DNA of 64,000 bases from Nitrospirota bacterium. Its GTDB lineage: Bacteria > Nitrospirota > UBA9217. Below, one piece after another: positions 12,829 to 23,998 of this stretch. Location: positions 64,001-128,000 of the forward strand of contig CAVUHW010000012.1 in assembly GCA_963741205.1 (NCBI GenBank), in the 5' to 3' direction. Numbering within the stretch: position 1 is the first letter of the stretch; every line of letters begins with the position of its first letter. The notes below the pieces were generated by a model. It worked only from the letters and a program-made list of their open reading frames with translations. It had not been told where the DNA came from and searched no databases. The translations under genes were made by a program, and so were the position numbers.

Positions 12829-14529
12829 ATGGAAACTCGAAGATTTATTTTAGCACTCTCTCTGTCCCTGCTCGTATTTCTCGTCTATGTGAAGTATTTC
12901 GCGCCCAAACCTCCGGTCCAGACTCCGGAACAGGGGGCCGTCAAACAGGAAGCCGCAGAGCACAGGGAGGAAGAGGCAACGCGCCCTCCCGTTCGCCCCG
13001 AGGCCGTTGCGTCAAGGATTGAGGAAGCCGCCAAAGGGAAAGAGATCGTCATTGAAACGGACCTCGTAAAGGCCACGGTCAATACGGCCGGCGGCGTCAT
13101 CACCCGCTGGGAGCTCAAGAACTACCGCGAGGCCGACAAGACCGAGGTTGGACTGGGTGCGCTGTACAAGCGGTTCACGGGACAGGCGAAAAAGGAAGAG
13201 AAGCCGAAGAAGGAACTGGGCAATGTGCAGCTCGTGCCGTTCTACGAAGGACTGGACCGGAAGGACCTTGTTTCACCGCTTACCCTCGCGCCCCTCGACA
13301 AGACCCTTTACAAGCTCTCACAGGTCGAGTACCGAGCGGACCGTGATGCGCTCCTTTTAGGCAAGGACAAGCCCACAGAGACCCTGGTGCTTACTTACGC
13401 GGGTCCTGCCGGCCTCTCGATCGAAAAAAAGTTTACCTTTTATAATAACGACTACAAGGTCGATATAGCCGTTACGACCAGGGGCCTGGACGGATATACC
13501 CTCTCGCTCGGGACGGATTTCGGCATCGCCGACAAGGTGAGCAAGGACGCCAGCGGCCGCGTGGGCCTCGTCGCCCTTGTGGACGGCAAAACAATCACCG
13601 ACAAGCTGGACAGCATCAAGGGAGAAGTGCAGCATGCCGGCTCCGTGGAATGGTTCAGCCAGGAGGACAAGTATTTCACGGCGACGCTCCTCTACGGATC
13701 GAACGGCATCATTACAGCCAGAAGGACCGCCGAGCCGAAGGAGATCGGCGACCTTTTGACCACGAACCTCACCGTGAAGGAGAAGCCCGAGGCCCACACC
13801 TTTACACTCTATGCAGGTCCGAAGAGCTTCACGCTTCTGCAGGCCCATGGCCACGGCCTGGAACAGATGGTCGACTACGGGTGGTTCGGCATTCTCGCGA
13901 AGCCTATGTTCTGGCTCCTCCGGCAGTTTTATACGATCACGCAGAATTACGGTATCGCGATCATCCTGCTCACGATCGTGGTGAGGATACTCCTGTTCTA
14001 TCCCTCGCTCAAGAGCGCCACGGCCATGGAGGAAATGAAAAAGATCCAGCCGCAGCTCATGGCGATCCGCGAGAAATACAAAAAAGACCCCGCCCGAGTA
14101 AACCAGGAGATGATGAAGCTCTACAAGGAGCACAAGGTGAACCCCCTGGGAGGGTGTCTGCCCATGCTTCTGCAGCTGCCGTTTTTCGTCGCGCTCTACA
14201 ACGTGCTGTCCGTGTCCATCGAGCTCAGGCAGTCGCCCTTCATCTCCTTCTGGATCAAGGACCTGTCCGTCTATGATCCCTTCTACATCCTGCCCGTGCT
14301 CATGGGCGTCTCCATGATCTTCACCATGAAGATGACCTCGACGACGGCGGACCCGCAGCAGGCCAAGATCATGATGTTCATGAATATCGCGTTTATATTC
14401 CTCTTCGCCTGGCTCCCGGCCGGCCTCTTGCTCTATATCACGCTCAGTAACGTGCTCTCGATCGTCCAGCAGCTGTACGTTCGCCGGATCCTCGGTCTCA
14501 AGACGGACTCCGCGGCCCTCTCCGCGTAG
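12829..14529 (+). CDS. yidC: Membrane protein insertase YidC
   Basis: YAGPK, VDYGWF, NYGIAII, NPLGGCLP and PAGLLLY; conserved synteny. Confidence 0.97.
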   Translation: METRRFILALSLSLLVFLVYVKYFAPKPPVQTPEQGAVKQEAAEHREEEATRPPVRPEAVASRIEEAAKGKEIVIETDLVKATVNTAGGVITRWELKNYREADKTEVGLGALYKRFTGQAKKEEKPKKELGNVQLVPFYEGLDRKDLVSPLTLAPLDKTLYKLSQVEYRADRDALLLGKDKPTETLVLTYAGPAGLSIEKKFTFYNNDYKVDIAVTTRGLDGYTLSLGTDFGIADKVSKDASGRVGLVALVDGKTITDKLDSIKGEVQHAGSVEWFSQEDKYFTATLLYGSNGIITARRTAEPKEIGDLLTTNLTVKEKPEAHTFTLYAGPKSFTLLQAHGHGLEQMVDYGWFGILAKPMFWLLRQFYTITQNYGIAIILLTIVVRILLFYPSLKSATAMEEMKKIQPQLMAIREKYKKDPARVNQEMMKLYKEHKVNPLGGCLPMLLQLPFFVALYNVLSVSIELRQSPFISFWIKDLSVYDPFYILPVLMGVSMIFTMKMTSTTADPQQAKIMMFMNIAFIFLFAWLPAGLLLYITLSNVLSIVQQLYVRRILGLKTDSAALSA

Positions 14530-14770
14530 TTTGACCCTCCTCTGCCTGCTCCCGGCCTCTTGCGGGAGCGGGCGTTTCGACTTCATCGGTATTCGATTTA
14601 GGAATGAAAAGAATCTGATTCTTCTCAGAATGGAGAGGATATTTCTTGCTAGTCGCCACGCGCGCGAAGAAGGCAAAGATTATTGGGATTTAAACCGATA
14701 GGGAATGATTACTTTGCATCCCCTCGCGCACTTTGCGAGAGAGACGCTTTTGTTCGCTGATTTGTCTGGG

Positions 14771-16892
14771 TTATGAGACGCGGGGATTGCCGACGCCGAT
14801 CTCATCGCTCAGCACAGGCTCCAGGTTCAGAAACGCCTCGACGACCTTGGGGTCGAATTGCGTTCCCGCGAGTGAGCGGATATGCTCCCGTATCCGTTCT
14901 CCTGGCCATGCGGGATGATACCTTCGTTCCGAATTAAGCGCGTCCCAGATGTCGGCAAGAGAGAAGATGCGGGCCGCAAGCGGGATCTGCTCTCCTTTGA
15001 GACCGCGCGGATACCCAGCTCCGTCCCATCGCTCATGATGGCAGTAGGGTATATCCAGTGCTGGCCTGAGGTAGGAGATGGGGTACAACATTTCGAAGGC
15101 GGAGACCGGATGGCGGCGCATGATCTGCCATTCTTCCTCCGTCAGCGGCCCGCTCTTGAGCAGGATGCTGTCCGGAATGCTCATCTTCCCGATATCGTGC
15201 AAAAGCGCCCCCCTGCGCACGTGCACCAGTTCGGCCTCCTCCATGCCCATGGCGCGGGCGAGGAGCAGCGTCATCTCCACGGCCCGCTTGGTATGGCCTT
15301 CCGTCTCCCGGTCCCTGAGCTCGAGCGCCCGGGCCCAGCCTTCAATCGTGGTATCGTAGGCGAGGATGAGCTCGACATTGGACCGCTGCAGGTCGCTGAA
15401 GAGCGCGGCATTGTCGATGGCGATGGCCGCCTGCGCGGCAAGGGAACCGAGAAAGTTCATCCATTCTTCATCGACCTTGAGGGGCGACCGATGGAGGATG
15501 TCCAGCACGCCCTTCACCTGTCCCTTCGCGATCAGCGGGATGGCATAGTAGGCGGTAAATCCTTCGCCCTCGATGAGCGGCATCCGCTTGAAGTCGTCGT
15601 CCGCTCTCGGCGAGGTTGGGAATGCCGATGCTCCGGCGCTCAAGCGCCGCGCGGCCGGCGATTCCTTCGCCCAGGCGCAGACGGGAGTGACGGATGCCGG
15701 GGTTGCGGAACCCCCGCATGGCCGCGTATTCGAGCGTCTGCGTATGGCGGTCCAGGAGGAGCACGGCCGCGGCGTCGATGTTGAGCTGCGTCATGACGAG
15801 AGTGAGGAACTCCTGGAGAGTAACGCTGAGATCGAGGCTCGAGTTGATGATCAGGTCGATGGCGTGAAGGGTTGCCAGGTGTTCAAGTCGGTATCGGGCC
15901 TGATCTTCCGCTTTTTTGCGGGCGGTAATGTCCTCTCCCGAACTGAGCGTTGCGACCACCTGCCCCTGATCGTCCCTGAGAAGTGTGTTGTGCCAGGCAA
16001 TGATTCGTTCCCTGCCGCCTTTGGTGACGACAGGATTTTCATAATATTCAACCGGCTCGAGCTCCCCGGATATGAACTGGGTAAAAACCGCGCGCACTTC
16101 GCTTTTCATCCGTTCAGGGACGAAATGATCAAACCAGTTCTTGCCGATGATCTCTTTTTCGCGGTATCCGAGGATTTCGGCGCCTTTCCTGTTGATGAGG
16201 ATGACGGCGCCGCTCCGGTCAAGGACGCGGATCATCACCCCGGCCACATCCAGGTATTGTTCGGCGCGCTCTTTCTCCTTCCGGTGCGCCTCTTCGGCGG
16301 CCATGCGCCGGGAAACGTCCCGGAAGATGCCCTGAACAATTTTTTTTCCGCCGACGGTGACGACGCTGGCGCTTATTTCCACCGGGATGTTCCGGCCGTC
16401 GCGATGCATGATGCAAAAGTTATCGCCCATGGCATGTCCCGCACCGAGAGATTCCTGGAGCAGCATCCTGCACCGGTCGGCATCCTTTTGAGGATGGAGC
16501 TCCGTGACATGTCTGCCGATGAGCCGGGACGCCTCCAGGCCCGTCAGTTCTTCGATTTTTTGGTTAACCTCAAGGATGTCGCCGGTTTCCGCGTCAGCGA
16601 TGACAATCCCGTCATTCGCATGCTGCACGAGCATCTGGTATTTTTGCTCGGTATCGCACAGCGCCGCTTCCGCCCGTTCGCGGTTCACGAATTCGCGGCG
16701 GAGGACCAACCAGAGGGCCAGCGCGCTCGCCGCGACGAAAACCCAGCCCTTATATGTCTGGATCACGGTGAGCTTGTGCGGATCGGATACCAGCATTTCT
16801 ACGATCCGGTCCGACAGCGCGATCCAGAGGCTTCCAATGGCAAGATAAAGCAGAATGATCCGCAAAACAGGATGCCGTATGAGCTGTTTCAT
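14771..16892 (-). CDS. Membrane-anchored PAS-PAS-GAF-HD-GYP cyclic dinucleotide phosphodiesterase (frameshift near 15600)
   Basis: Two N-terminal TM helices, two PAS domains, GAF, then HDIGK and HHERWDGAGYP. Confidence 0.88.
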
Positions 16893-16981
16893 GATACCTC
16901 GGCAAGAATAAAAGGACGACCCTGACCATCAATATCTAATTCTATTGTACCACCGTACAGGGGAAAATAACCCTTTCCCGT

Positions 16982-17410
16982 TTAAACGATGCCTACGAGC
17001 TCGAGGTCGAACGTCAGCTCTTTTCCCGCCAGAGGGTGGTTCGCGTCGAGCGTTATGTTCGTATCGGTCACTGCCATAACCGTGACCAGCATAGTCTGAT
17101 CATCTGTCTGGGTGAGCTCGAGGCGCTGGCCGACGCGGGGGTCCACGCCGGGCGGGAGCTGACCGCGTTCCATGGTCACGATCCTGTCGTTCCTGCGCGG
17201 CCCGTAGGCCTGGTCAACGGGGATCGTCGTAGTCCTGGACTCCCCGGTATTCATGCCGGCCACGGCCTGTTCGAAGCCGGAAATAACCTGTCCCTTCCCG
17301 ATCGTAAACTGGAGCGGATGCCGGTTCCTTGAGGTATCGAAGATGGTGCCGTCCGGCAGCTTTCCTGTGTAGTGTACCTTTACAGTATCGCCGTGCTTCG
17401 CCTGTGTCAT
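16982..17410 (-). CDS. FKBP-type peptidyl-prolyl isomerase (SlyD/SlpA-like, no His-rich tail)
   Basis: VKVHYTGKL..FD, AYGPR and LDANHPLAGKEL. Confidence 0.92.
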   Translation of the reverse strand: MTQAKHGDTVKVHYTGKLPDGTIFDTSRNRHPLQFTIGKGQVISGFEQAVAGMNTGESRTTTIPVDQAYGPRRNDRIVTMERGQLPPGVDPRVGQRLELTQTDDQTMLVTVMAVTDTNITLDANHPLAGKELTFDLELVGIV

Positions 17411-17668
17411 GGTAGTCTCCTTTTTATAATATCAGCCTAAAGTCTTATGCCGAAATGTCCGTTTTACCGCTGAAGTCAGGTATTGGAACAAAGCAGTTTA
17501 CCCCTTCTCCGAGGTTCCCGCAACTTTTTTATTCGTCATGGGGCGTCTGTGGGCCTCCTTTCGAGCGGGCCGTCTTGACTTTGCCCCGGCCTTGGGATAT
17601 TGTACCGAAGCAACCGTTGCAATTAATCGGACGATTTACCCAAAGCATAATGCCCTTGCGAGGATCGA

Positions 17669-18258
17669 ATGAGCGATACCAAAAAAGAGAAACCCTTACC
17701 CAAGCCGCCGCATACGGCATTCGGAAGAAAAAAACCGGCGGAACATGAGGAAGGAGACACGCTTCTGGCCGACCGTCTGGCTGCAGCCATGGCGGAAGGA
17801 AAGATCGAGGAATTTCTGAAGCAGGAGATGCCCGATAATGAATACGCCAGGAACCTGACATCCATGATGATGGGGATGACGGGGATGTTGCCGATAGGCG
17901 GCGCAGAGACGGCGCCTCAGCCCAGCCCCCCGAGAACAAAGGAGAGACCGCGGCGCATGAAGCCGCCGTATCCGCGGAAGCGTTGCCCGAGGGGGTAAGG
18001 GAGGCCGTTCAGGGCGGCGATGTAAAAGGGCTCACGGACCTTTTGCGCCGGGAACACCGGAAACGGATGCCCGATGCGAAGACTGAGCCGGCGGAAGAAA
18101 CTGCCGCCCAACGGATGCCGGCTCAGCCGATGATTGATAAGGAGTTGATCGACGCATTGATCAAGATCGCGGGAGAAAATAGCGTTACCCTCGACTGGAT
18201 GATCCTGCGGGCGATCAGGCTCTATGTTCAGGATTACGAGAAGACGGGCAGGCTGTAG
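17669..18258 (+). CDS. Hypothetical protein (frameshifted)
   Basis: Two overlapping plus-strand ORFs (17669..17998, 17983..18258) that read as one helical protein. Confidence 0.55.
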
Positions 18259-18287
18259 GGACCTCCGAACAAGCGAAAGAAAGCACC

Positions 18288-18884
18288 ATGACCCTGAAGC
18301 CGCTTACCGGGAGGTTCGATTCGTTGATGGCGGAAAACAGAAAAATCATGAAAGCGCTCAAAAGCAAACCCACGCTCGTCATGATAGTGTTGTCGGCAAT
18401 AATGCTCTTCGGCCCAGGGTGCGTATCTGAACCGGGCATAGACAAGGGGAAATTCTCGGAATTAAACCGGATGGCGCAGGACCTGAAGACCGCTATTACA
18501 TCGGGACGGCCCTGTGACGTGCCGGAAACATTGATGCAAAGACTTGCTTCCGGGACGGCGGCCTTGCGAAACAAGACGGCCTCACAGGATGAGAGCTTCG
18601 TGCTCGAAGCTTACACGCGCCTTTTGACGACTTATAAGGACGGTTTGCTGCTTTGTCAATACCAGAACCAGATGTCTCAATTTCCATTCGTCCCCAAGGG
18701 ACGCATCTATGTGTTCCAGGAACTCGATCCGCTTGTTCAAAAATATGATTTGCCGACAGAGAGCCATGTGTATAAACCCACCGGAGTGCATTGGAGGAGT
18801 ATTGCCGGGGACTCGGGTAAGGTGATCTGGGAAAGCGCAGCGTTCCAGATAAAGAACATAGAAAACATGGTGAATTACAATTGA
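18288..18884 (+). CDS. Hypothetical lipoprotein
   Basis: Basic-hydrophobic leader ending GPGC; true start may be a later Met. Confidence 0.55.
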   Translation: MTLKPLTGRFDSLMAENRKIMKALKSKPTLVMIVLSAIMLFGPGCVSEPGIDKGKFSELNRMAQDLKTAITSGRPCDVPETLMQRLASGTAALRNKTASQDESFVLEAYTRLLTTYKDGLLLCQYQNQMSQFPFVPKGRIYVFQELDPLVQKYDLPTESHVYKPTGVHWRSIAGDSGKVIWESAAFQIKNIENMVNYN

Positions 18885-19010
18885 TGTTATTACGTGAGCG
18901 TTTCGTATCGCCCTGCGCGCTCTGCTACCTGACTTTTTTCAAGCCCCTCGTTTATGCGCCCCAACCCGATGCCGGCAGGCGTCAGGACATTTGATCAGCG
19001 GATGTCCTGT

Positions 19011-20157
19011 TCATGAGCTCAGAAATTCCGTCACCGATCTCTTGATCTCCAGATGATGCACCGGAATGTTCGGCACGTCCTTGTTCCCCGGTATTGCGAG
19101 GATATGGATAAAGGCGGGACCTTTATGCCGATGCTTCATTATCTCGGTAATTTCCTTTTCCGCAGCAACTTTCACCGTCTCCCTGAACCCGAACCCCCGC
19201 GCCACCGATTCAAGATCGACGCATGACCCCGTCAGCGTCGGTTGATTTCCCGTAGATCCGTAAGCGCCGTTGTCGATCGCGATGATGGTAAGATTTTGCG
19301 GCGCAAAGAGGCGGCGGTCGCGAGCGTGCCGGGATTCATGAGAAGGCTCCCGTCGCCGTCGATCACGAAGACTTCCTTTGATGACGCAAGGGCGATGCCA
19401 AGACCGATGGGCGTGGCCATGCCCATGCTGCCGAGCATGTAGAAGTTCGAGGGCTGGTGCTTCAGTGCATAGAGCTCTTTGGACGGCCATCCGAGATTGC
19501 TCACAACAACCTTTCCTTCAAGGTACGGTGCGATGATCTTGATGATATCGTACCGGGTGAAGACGGCACGTGATGCGGCGATGCATGATTTGACGATGCA
19601 CGATGACCTGCATCTCCAGTATCCTTTAATTCCGCACTCCGCATTCTCGCACTCCGCAATCGGACCCCTCCCACACCGCCGGGCTCAGCAGGAATGCATG
19701 AATCCTGTTCCGGTCCGAAGACTTTCCTGAAGCATACGGTCCACCGCGCTGAAATCGCTGCTGCTGTTGATCTCCGAACTGGCAATCCCGGCGCCCGCGA
19801 GGATTGCGGGAAGACGCTGTCCCATCGGGAACTGCGCCTCGATCTTCTCTTGATAGACCCCTCTTCGGCTAACGAACAGGGCAAGGGGCAGCTCATAGAA
19901 ATGCGGTAAGCGAGAGGAGCGCGTTGATCATGTTCCCGATGCCGGAGCTCTGGACGAACATGGCAGGCCGCCTGCCCGAAAGGGCCGCGCCCGCGCAGAT
20001 GCCGACGCCTTCTTCCTCGCGCGTCAGGGGCACGTGAACGAAAGTTCCGGCCGACCATCTCCAGGAGGGTCTTGATCTTCTCGCAGGGCAGCGAGGCGGT
20101 GAAATCCACCGCATGCTTCTTGAGAAGGCTTATGAGTTCTTCTTCAGGACGCGGCAC
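19011..20157 (-). CDS. comDE: Sulfopyruvate decarboxylase ComD/ComE (alpha plus beta, probably fused; frameshifted)
   Basis: Alpha: LPCEKI, LTREEEGVGICAGA, QSSGIGNMINAL, EAQFPMG. Beta: SNLGWPSKELY, NFYMLGSMG, ThDP motif DGDGSLLMN, DNGAYGSTGNQ. Confidence 0.85.
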
Positions 20158-21406
20158 AAAAGCTCCTCGATCTCTTTCCCGGTGACGTTCTTTGAGATGA
20201 ACTGCGGTGCGACTGCATGGGTCTTCCTTGTCCTTTCTCAACCGCGCTTCGCCGCCGCCGGTGATGTTCAGGAGAACGGTGTCGTTCCTGCTGATCGCGC
20301 CGGTTTTGACCGCGTCTTCGAGCGCGGCAACGGCCACGCCCGGCAGCGGGGACGATGTCGATGCCCTCGGTCCTGAGAAACGTTTCCATGGCCGGCGTAG
20401 ACCGCATCGTTCTCGATGCCGTACATCTTTCCGCCGGTTGCGGTGAGCGCATCGTACACGCCGCCTTTGACCGAATAGGCGGGATAGCGGGTCGAGAGGA
20501 CCCGCGTCGTGATCTGCGAGATCAGCTCCGGCCTGAGGTCGCCGGGATCAAGCGTCCGGCTGCTTCTTGCTCCCAGGCATGGAGCATCGGCGCGAACGGC
20601 AAGTTCTGCCCCAGATGCAGGACGGGCAGCCGAGAGCCGAACCTTCCGTCCCGGAGGAACCGCTCGGCCATTTCCCAGGCGCCGACGGCGCCGGTCCCGC
20701 TGCCCACGGCCTGGACGTAATGGTCCGGCAGTTGTCCGATCTTCGACACTGCTTCGAGCATGACAATGCCGAGACCGTCGCGCTTGGCGATATTCTTCAC
20801 GCCGCCTTCGAAGGGGAAACCCAGTGGCCATGGCGATCCTTTTCGCCACATCGATGGAATCGGCATAATCGCCGTCGCCCACCGCGAGGGTCGGGCACCG
20901 TGGATGAGCGCTTCGAGGTACCACATCTCGCCGAGGCACATCGCGGCACGACGATGACCGACGGGAAAGCCCGTGAGCGCGGAAAGATGGGCGAAGGCCC
21001 GCGCCGTGTTTCCGGCGGAGGCGACGATCAGTCCTTCGATGCCGTTCTCCCGGGCGTTCTGGAGCACGATCGCGGCCTCGAATTCCTTGAAGGTGCAGGT
21101 TTCGAGCAGCGCCCCTTTCTCCGGCCAGTAGCCGTTGAAGGCAATGTAGAGATTCTCGAGCCCGATGCTCCCTGCGAGGCCGCTGCGAACTGGTAGACAA
21201 CGGGACCGGGCTGGAGGGATGTCGGGCTCGTGGACCGGAAGCCAGTTGAACCGCCAGACGCCGCCCGACCCGCGCGCTCTCGACAAAGCGGGTGTCGTGA
21301 TAATCGGTCACCAGAAGCGCGTCCTTGCAGTGTTCGCAGAAGGCGCAGTAGGTGTGTTCGAGTGATCTTGCCGCAGTTCGCTGCATCGAATGGAAAAATG
21401 GCTCAT
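20130..21406 (-). CDS. Cysteate synthase (PLP-dependent, threonine synthase homolog; frameshifted)
   Basis: N-terminal Cys pairs; FNGYWPE, TCTFKEFEA (PLP lysine), ASAGNTARAF, EGGVKNIAKRDG, HYVQAVGSGTG, QNLPFAPM, LLNITGGG; overlaps the comD start. Confidence 0.85.
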
Positions 21407-21422
21407 GACTTTTACACTAAGA

Positions 21423-22738
21423 TCACCCGTCACCACGGCCCTGCTCCCACGGAGGGGAGCAGGATGTAGCCCCTCGCCTTGATGGGAGGCGTTCGGTGAG
21501 CGTGAACGTTCCTGGTCGAATGTTTCTATAATCAAATCCGCTCACCAGCTCCATGATGTCCGTGATCCGGATCTGGTTCTTGTGTCCCTGCATGGCCTCG
21601 TTCACCTTGGCGTAGCAGGCGGGACAGGCGAGGATCAGCCGGTCGGCCTTCTTCGCCACCGCCTCATCGATCGTCAGCCTGCCCATGGCGATCGCGTTCT
21701 CATGAAACACCTTTCGTGCCGCGCCGCCGGAGCCGCAGCAGCGCGAGTCCAGGCCGTGGCGCTGGAACTCGAGGAGCTTGATCCCCGGGATGCTTCTAAG
21801 CACCTCTGCGCGGCTCTTCGATCACGCCCACGCCCCGGCTGAGATAGCACGGGTCGTGGTAGATCACGGATTCGCGCAGTTCCTTGTTCAACCGCAGCTT
21901 GCCGTGCTTGATGGCGTCCGAGACATATTGCGTGATATGCCGTGATCGTGAACGGGCAGCGCCTTGCCGTAGAACAGGGGCCAGTCCCGGATCATGATGT
22001 TCACGCAGCAGGGACAGGAGCAGACCAGCGTCTTTACCCCGCTTCGCCTGATAGCCGTCCACGAGCCTCGTGACGAGGTCCTTCAAGAGATCGTGCTGTC
22101 CCGTGATGAAGAGCGGAAAGCCGCAGCAGACCTCCTCCTCGGGCGGCAGCATGGTGAATGGTTCGCCGATGGCGTTCGAGGACGAGCACGTCGCCCCGCA
22201 CCATGGGCTGCGCCTCGTAGGCGCCGGTGCATCCGGCGTAGTAGGCGATGTCCGCGCGCTCGGCGACCTTCACGTTCTCCGGGAACCAGGGCTTGTACCG
22301 GTCCGCGGCCGGCTTGTCATAGGGGTTGCCGGATTTTGCGATGGCCTTGCGGCAGGTCCGCCTGAACGCCGATGGGGCCGAGGCCCGCGCTTCACCATTT
22401 CTTTCCTGAGCATGGGCCAGAGCCGCTGCGTAAAGATGCCCACCGGGCAGTTCTGCCCGCAGGCGCCGCAGGTGGTGCATTCATACACCGCCTTGGTGAA
22501 GTCCTCGAGCATCTTGCGGTCCGCTTCGCGCGGGGCCGAAGAGCCTGGCCTTGAGACCGTCGGTTGCGCGGATGAACTCGCGGAACATGCGGATCTTCTC
22601 CGGCGGCGAGACCGCGGGTCTGCCGGTCACGTCCTGCACCGGGCAGTGCTTCAGGCACTCGCCGCATTGGGTGCAGGCGTCGATCTCGAGGATCTGACGG
22701 GGCGAGAGCTCTTCGGTGAATGAACGTTTATTCTTCAT
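21423..22738 (-). CDS. HdrD/GlpC-like Fe-S oxidoreductase with two CCG domains (frameshifted; end uncertain)
   Basis: CTQCGECLKHCP and CTTCGACGQNCP; YYAGC..CCG..CPCC and YHDPC..CCG..ACPAC. Confidence 0.88.
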
Positions 22739-23409
22739 GGATCACCAGGCGAAGCGCCTGCTCCCGCTTCCTCGCCTCCATCATCACCAGCGGGGCGGTG
22801 AAGATGTGGGTCGGAAGAAAGGGGACCAGGACCAGGACGAGGGAAAAGTGCAGCAGGAACAGCAGGCTCTCCGGCGCCGCGGCCGGATGAAAGCGCAGGA
22901 TGCCGAGGGCGAACAGTTTCACATCCACGAGATCGGGCTTGTACCAGACGCTGCATGATCACGCCGAGGGAACTGATCAGGAGCACCAGGTGACGAGGAA
23001 CACTGTTTGCGGGAGCCGCATATTTTTCGTGCCTGGTGAGCAGCCGGATGACAAGGATATATGCCGCGGCAAAGGGCAGAACGTATCCGGCGATCAACCC
23101 CGGCGTCTGCAGCCACCAGACCCAGAGCGGGACGGGATCCAGGAAGTACCGCAGGTGCCGCAGGATGACGAACAGGAAGGAGGCGTGAAAGGCCCATTCG
23201 CCGATCCAGAGCGCGGGGTTCACGTTCAGGACCCTGCCGAGAAGCAACACATCCACGGCCGTGAGGACGCATGCTTTCAGCGCTGATCGCGGGCCTGTCG
23301 GCTCGCGAAGCCGCTGCGCCGCTCTCCACCACACCAGGAAATGCGCGAAAAACCGCAACCAGAAGGCCGCGTACACGCAGTATGCGGCTACGATGAGAAA
23401 TTTACCCAT
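22728..23409 (-). CDS. HdrE/NarI-like membrane b-type cytochrome subunit (frameshifted)
   Basis: About five TM helices with His pairs (FHASF..LRHLRYF; LHFSL..PTHIF); overlaps the HdrD-like start. Confidence 0.7.
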
Positions 23410-23529
23410 GCATTATCGCCGTTTGCCGTTGCTGCCACTATTGTACCATATCGGGCAGATAACCCCTTGCAACCTGATCGAGCCGGGGTCCGAGCGGTCA
23501 GCGGCATGAGTACGAGATGGTCGACTTCC

Positions 23530-23856
23530 TTATTTGGGACTGTCTTTTTTTACGAAAATGATGCTCGCGTCCTTTGCGACATTGAGTCCCGCCTCGACCT
23601 CGAGCGCCTTCAGGATGCCGGACGGCACGGTGCAGGCGACATGCTTCAGATGTATGGCCGCGGACCGGTAAACGGGATTGCTCGTGAACCCGGTCAGCGG
23701 TGCGAACCGGTCGAGGACCGAGATGTCTTCGAGCATCTTCTTCACCATCTCGCAGTCGGTATCCAGGGAGATGGCGATCTTCCCGCCGGCGACCTTTTCA
23801 GCCCTGATGGTGACGGAAAAGCCGCATGCCCCCGAGTTGACAATGACCTTTGTCAT
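23530..23856 (-). CDS. Small conserved Cys-containing hypothetical protein (DUF6951-like)
   Basis: GACGF..TDC..HVACTVPSGILKA pattern. Confidence 0.6.
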   Translation of the reverse strand: MTKVIVNSGACGFSVTIRAEKVAGGKIAISLDTDCEMVKKMLEDISVLDRFAPLTGFTSNPVYRSAAIHLKHVACTVPSGILKALEVEAGLNVAKDASIIFVKKDSPK

Positions 23857-23998
23857 GATGGCCTTTCATTCCAGCATCCTTATCGCCCCAGATAGACGAT
23901 GAGTCACGATACTATAAATTCCCGCTTCTGCGTGAATTCGATCCAGCCCTGCGCGTACATTTATCCCAGGGCCGATGAACCTTTATCCGCATTCCGAC

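Noticed and set aside
19011-20157. Phosphonopyruvate decarboxylase (phosphonate biosynthesis)
   Set aside because: No PEP mutase is nearby, and the overlapping gene has cysteate synthase motifs.
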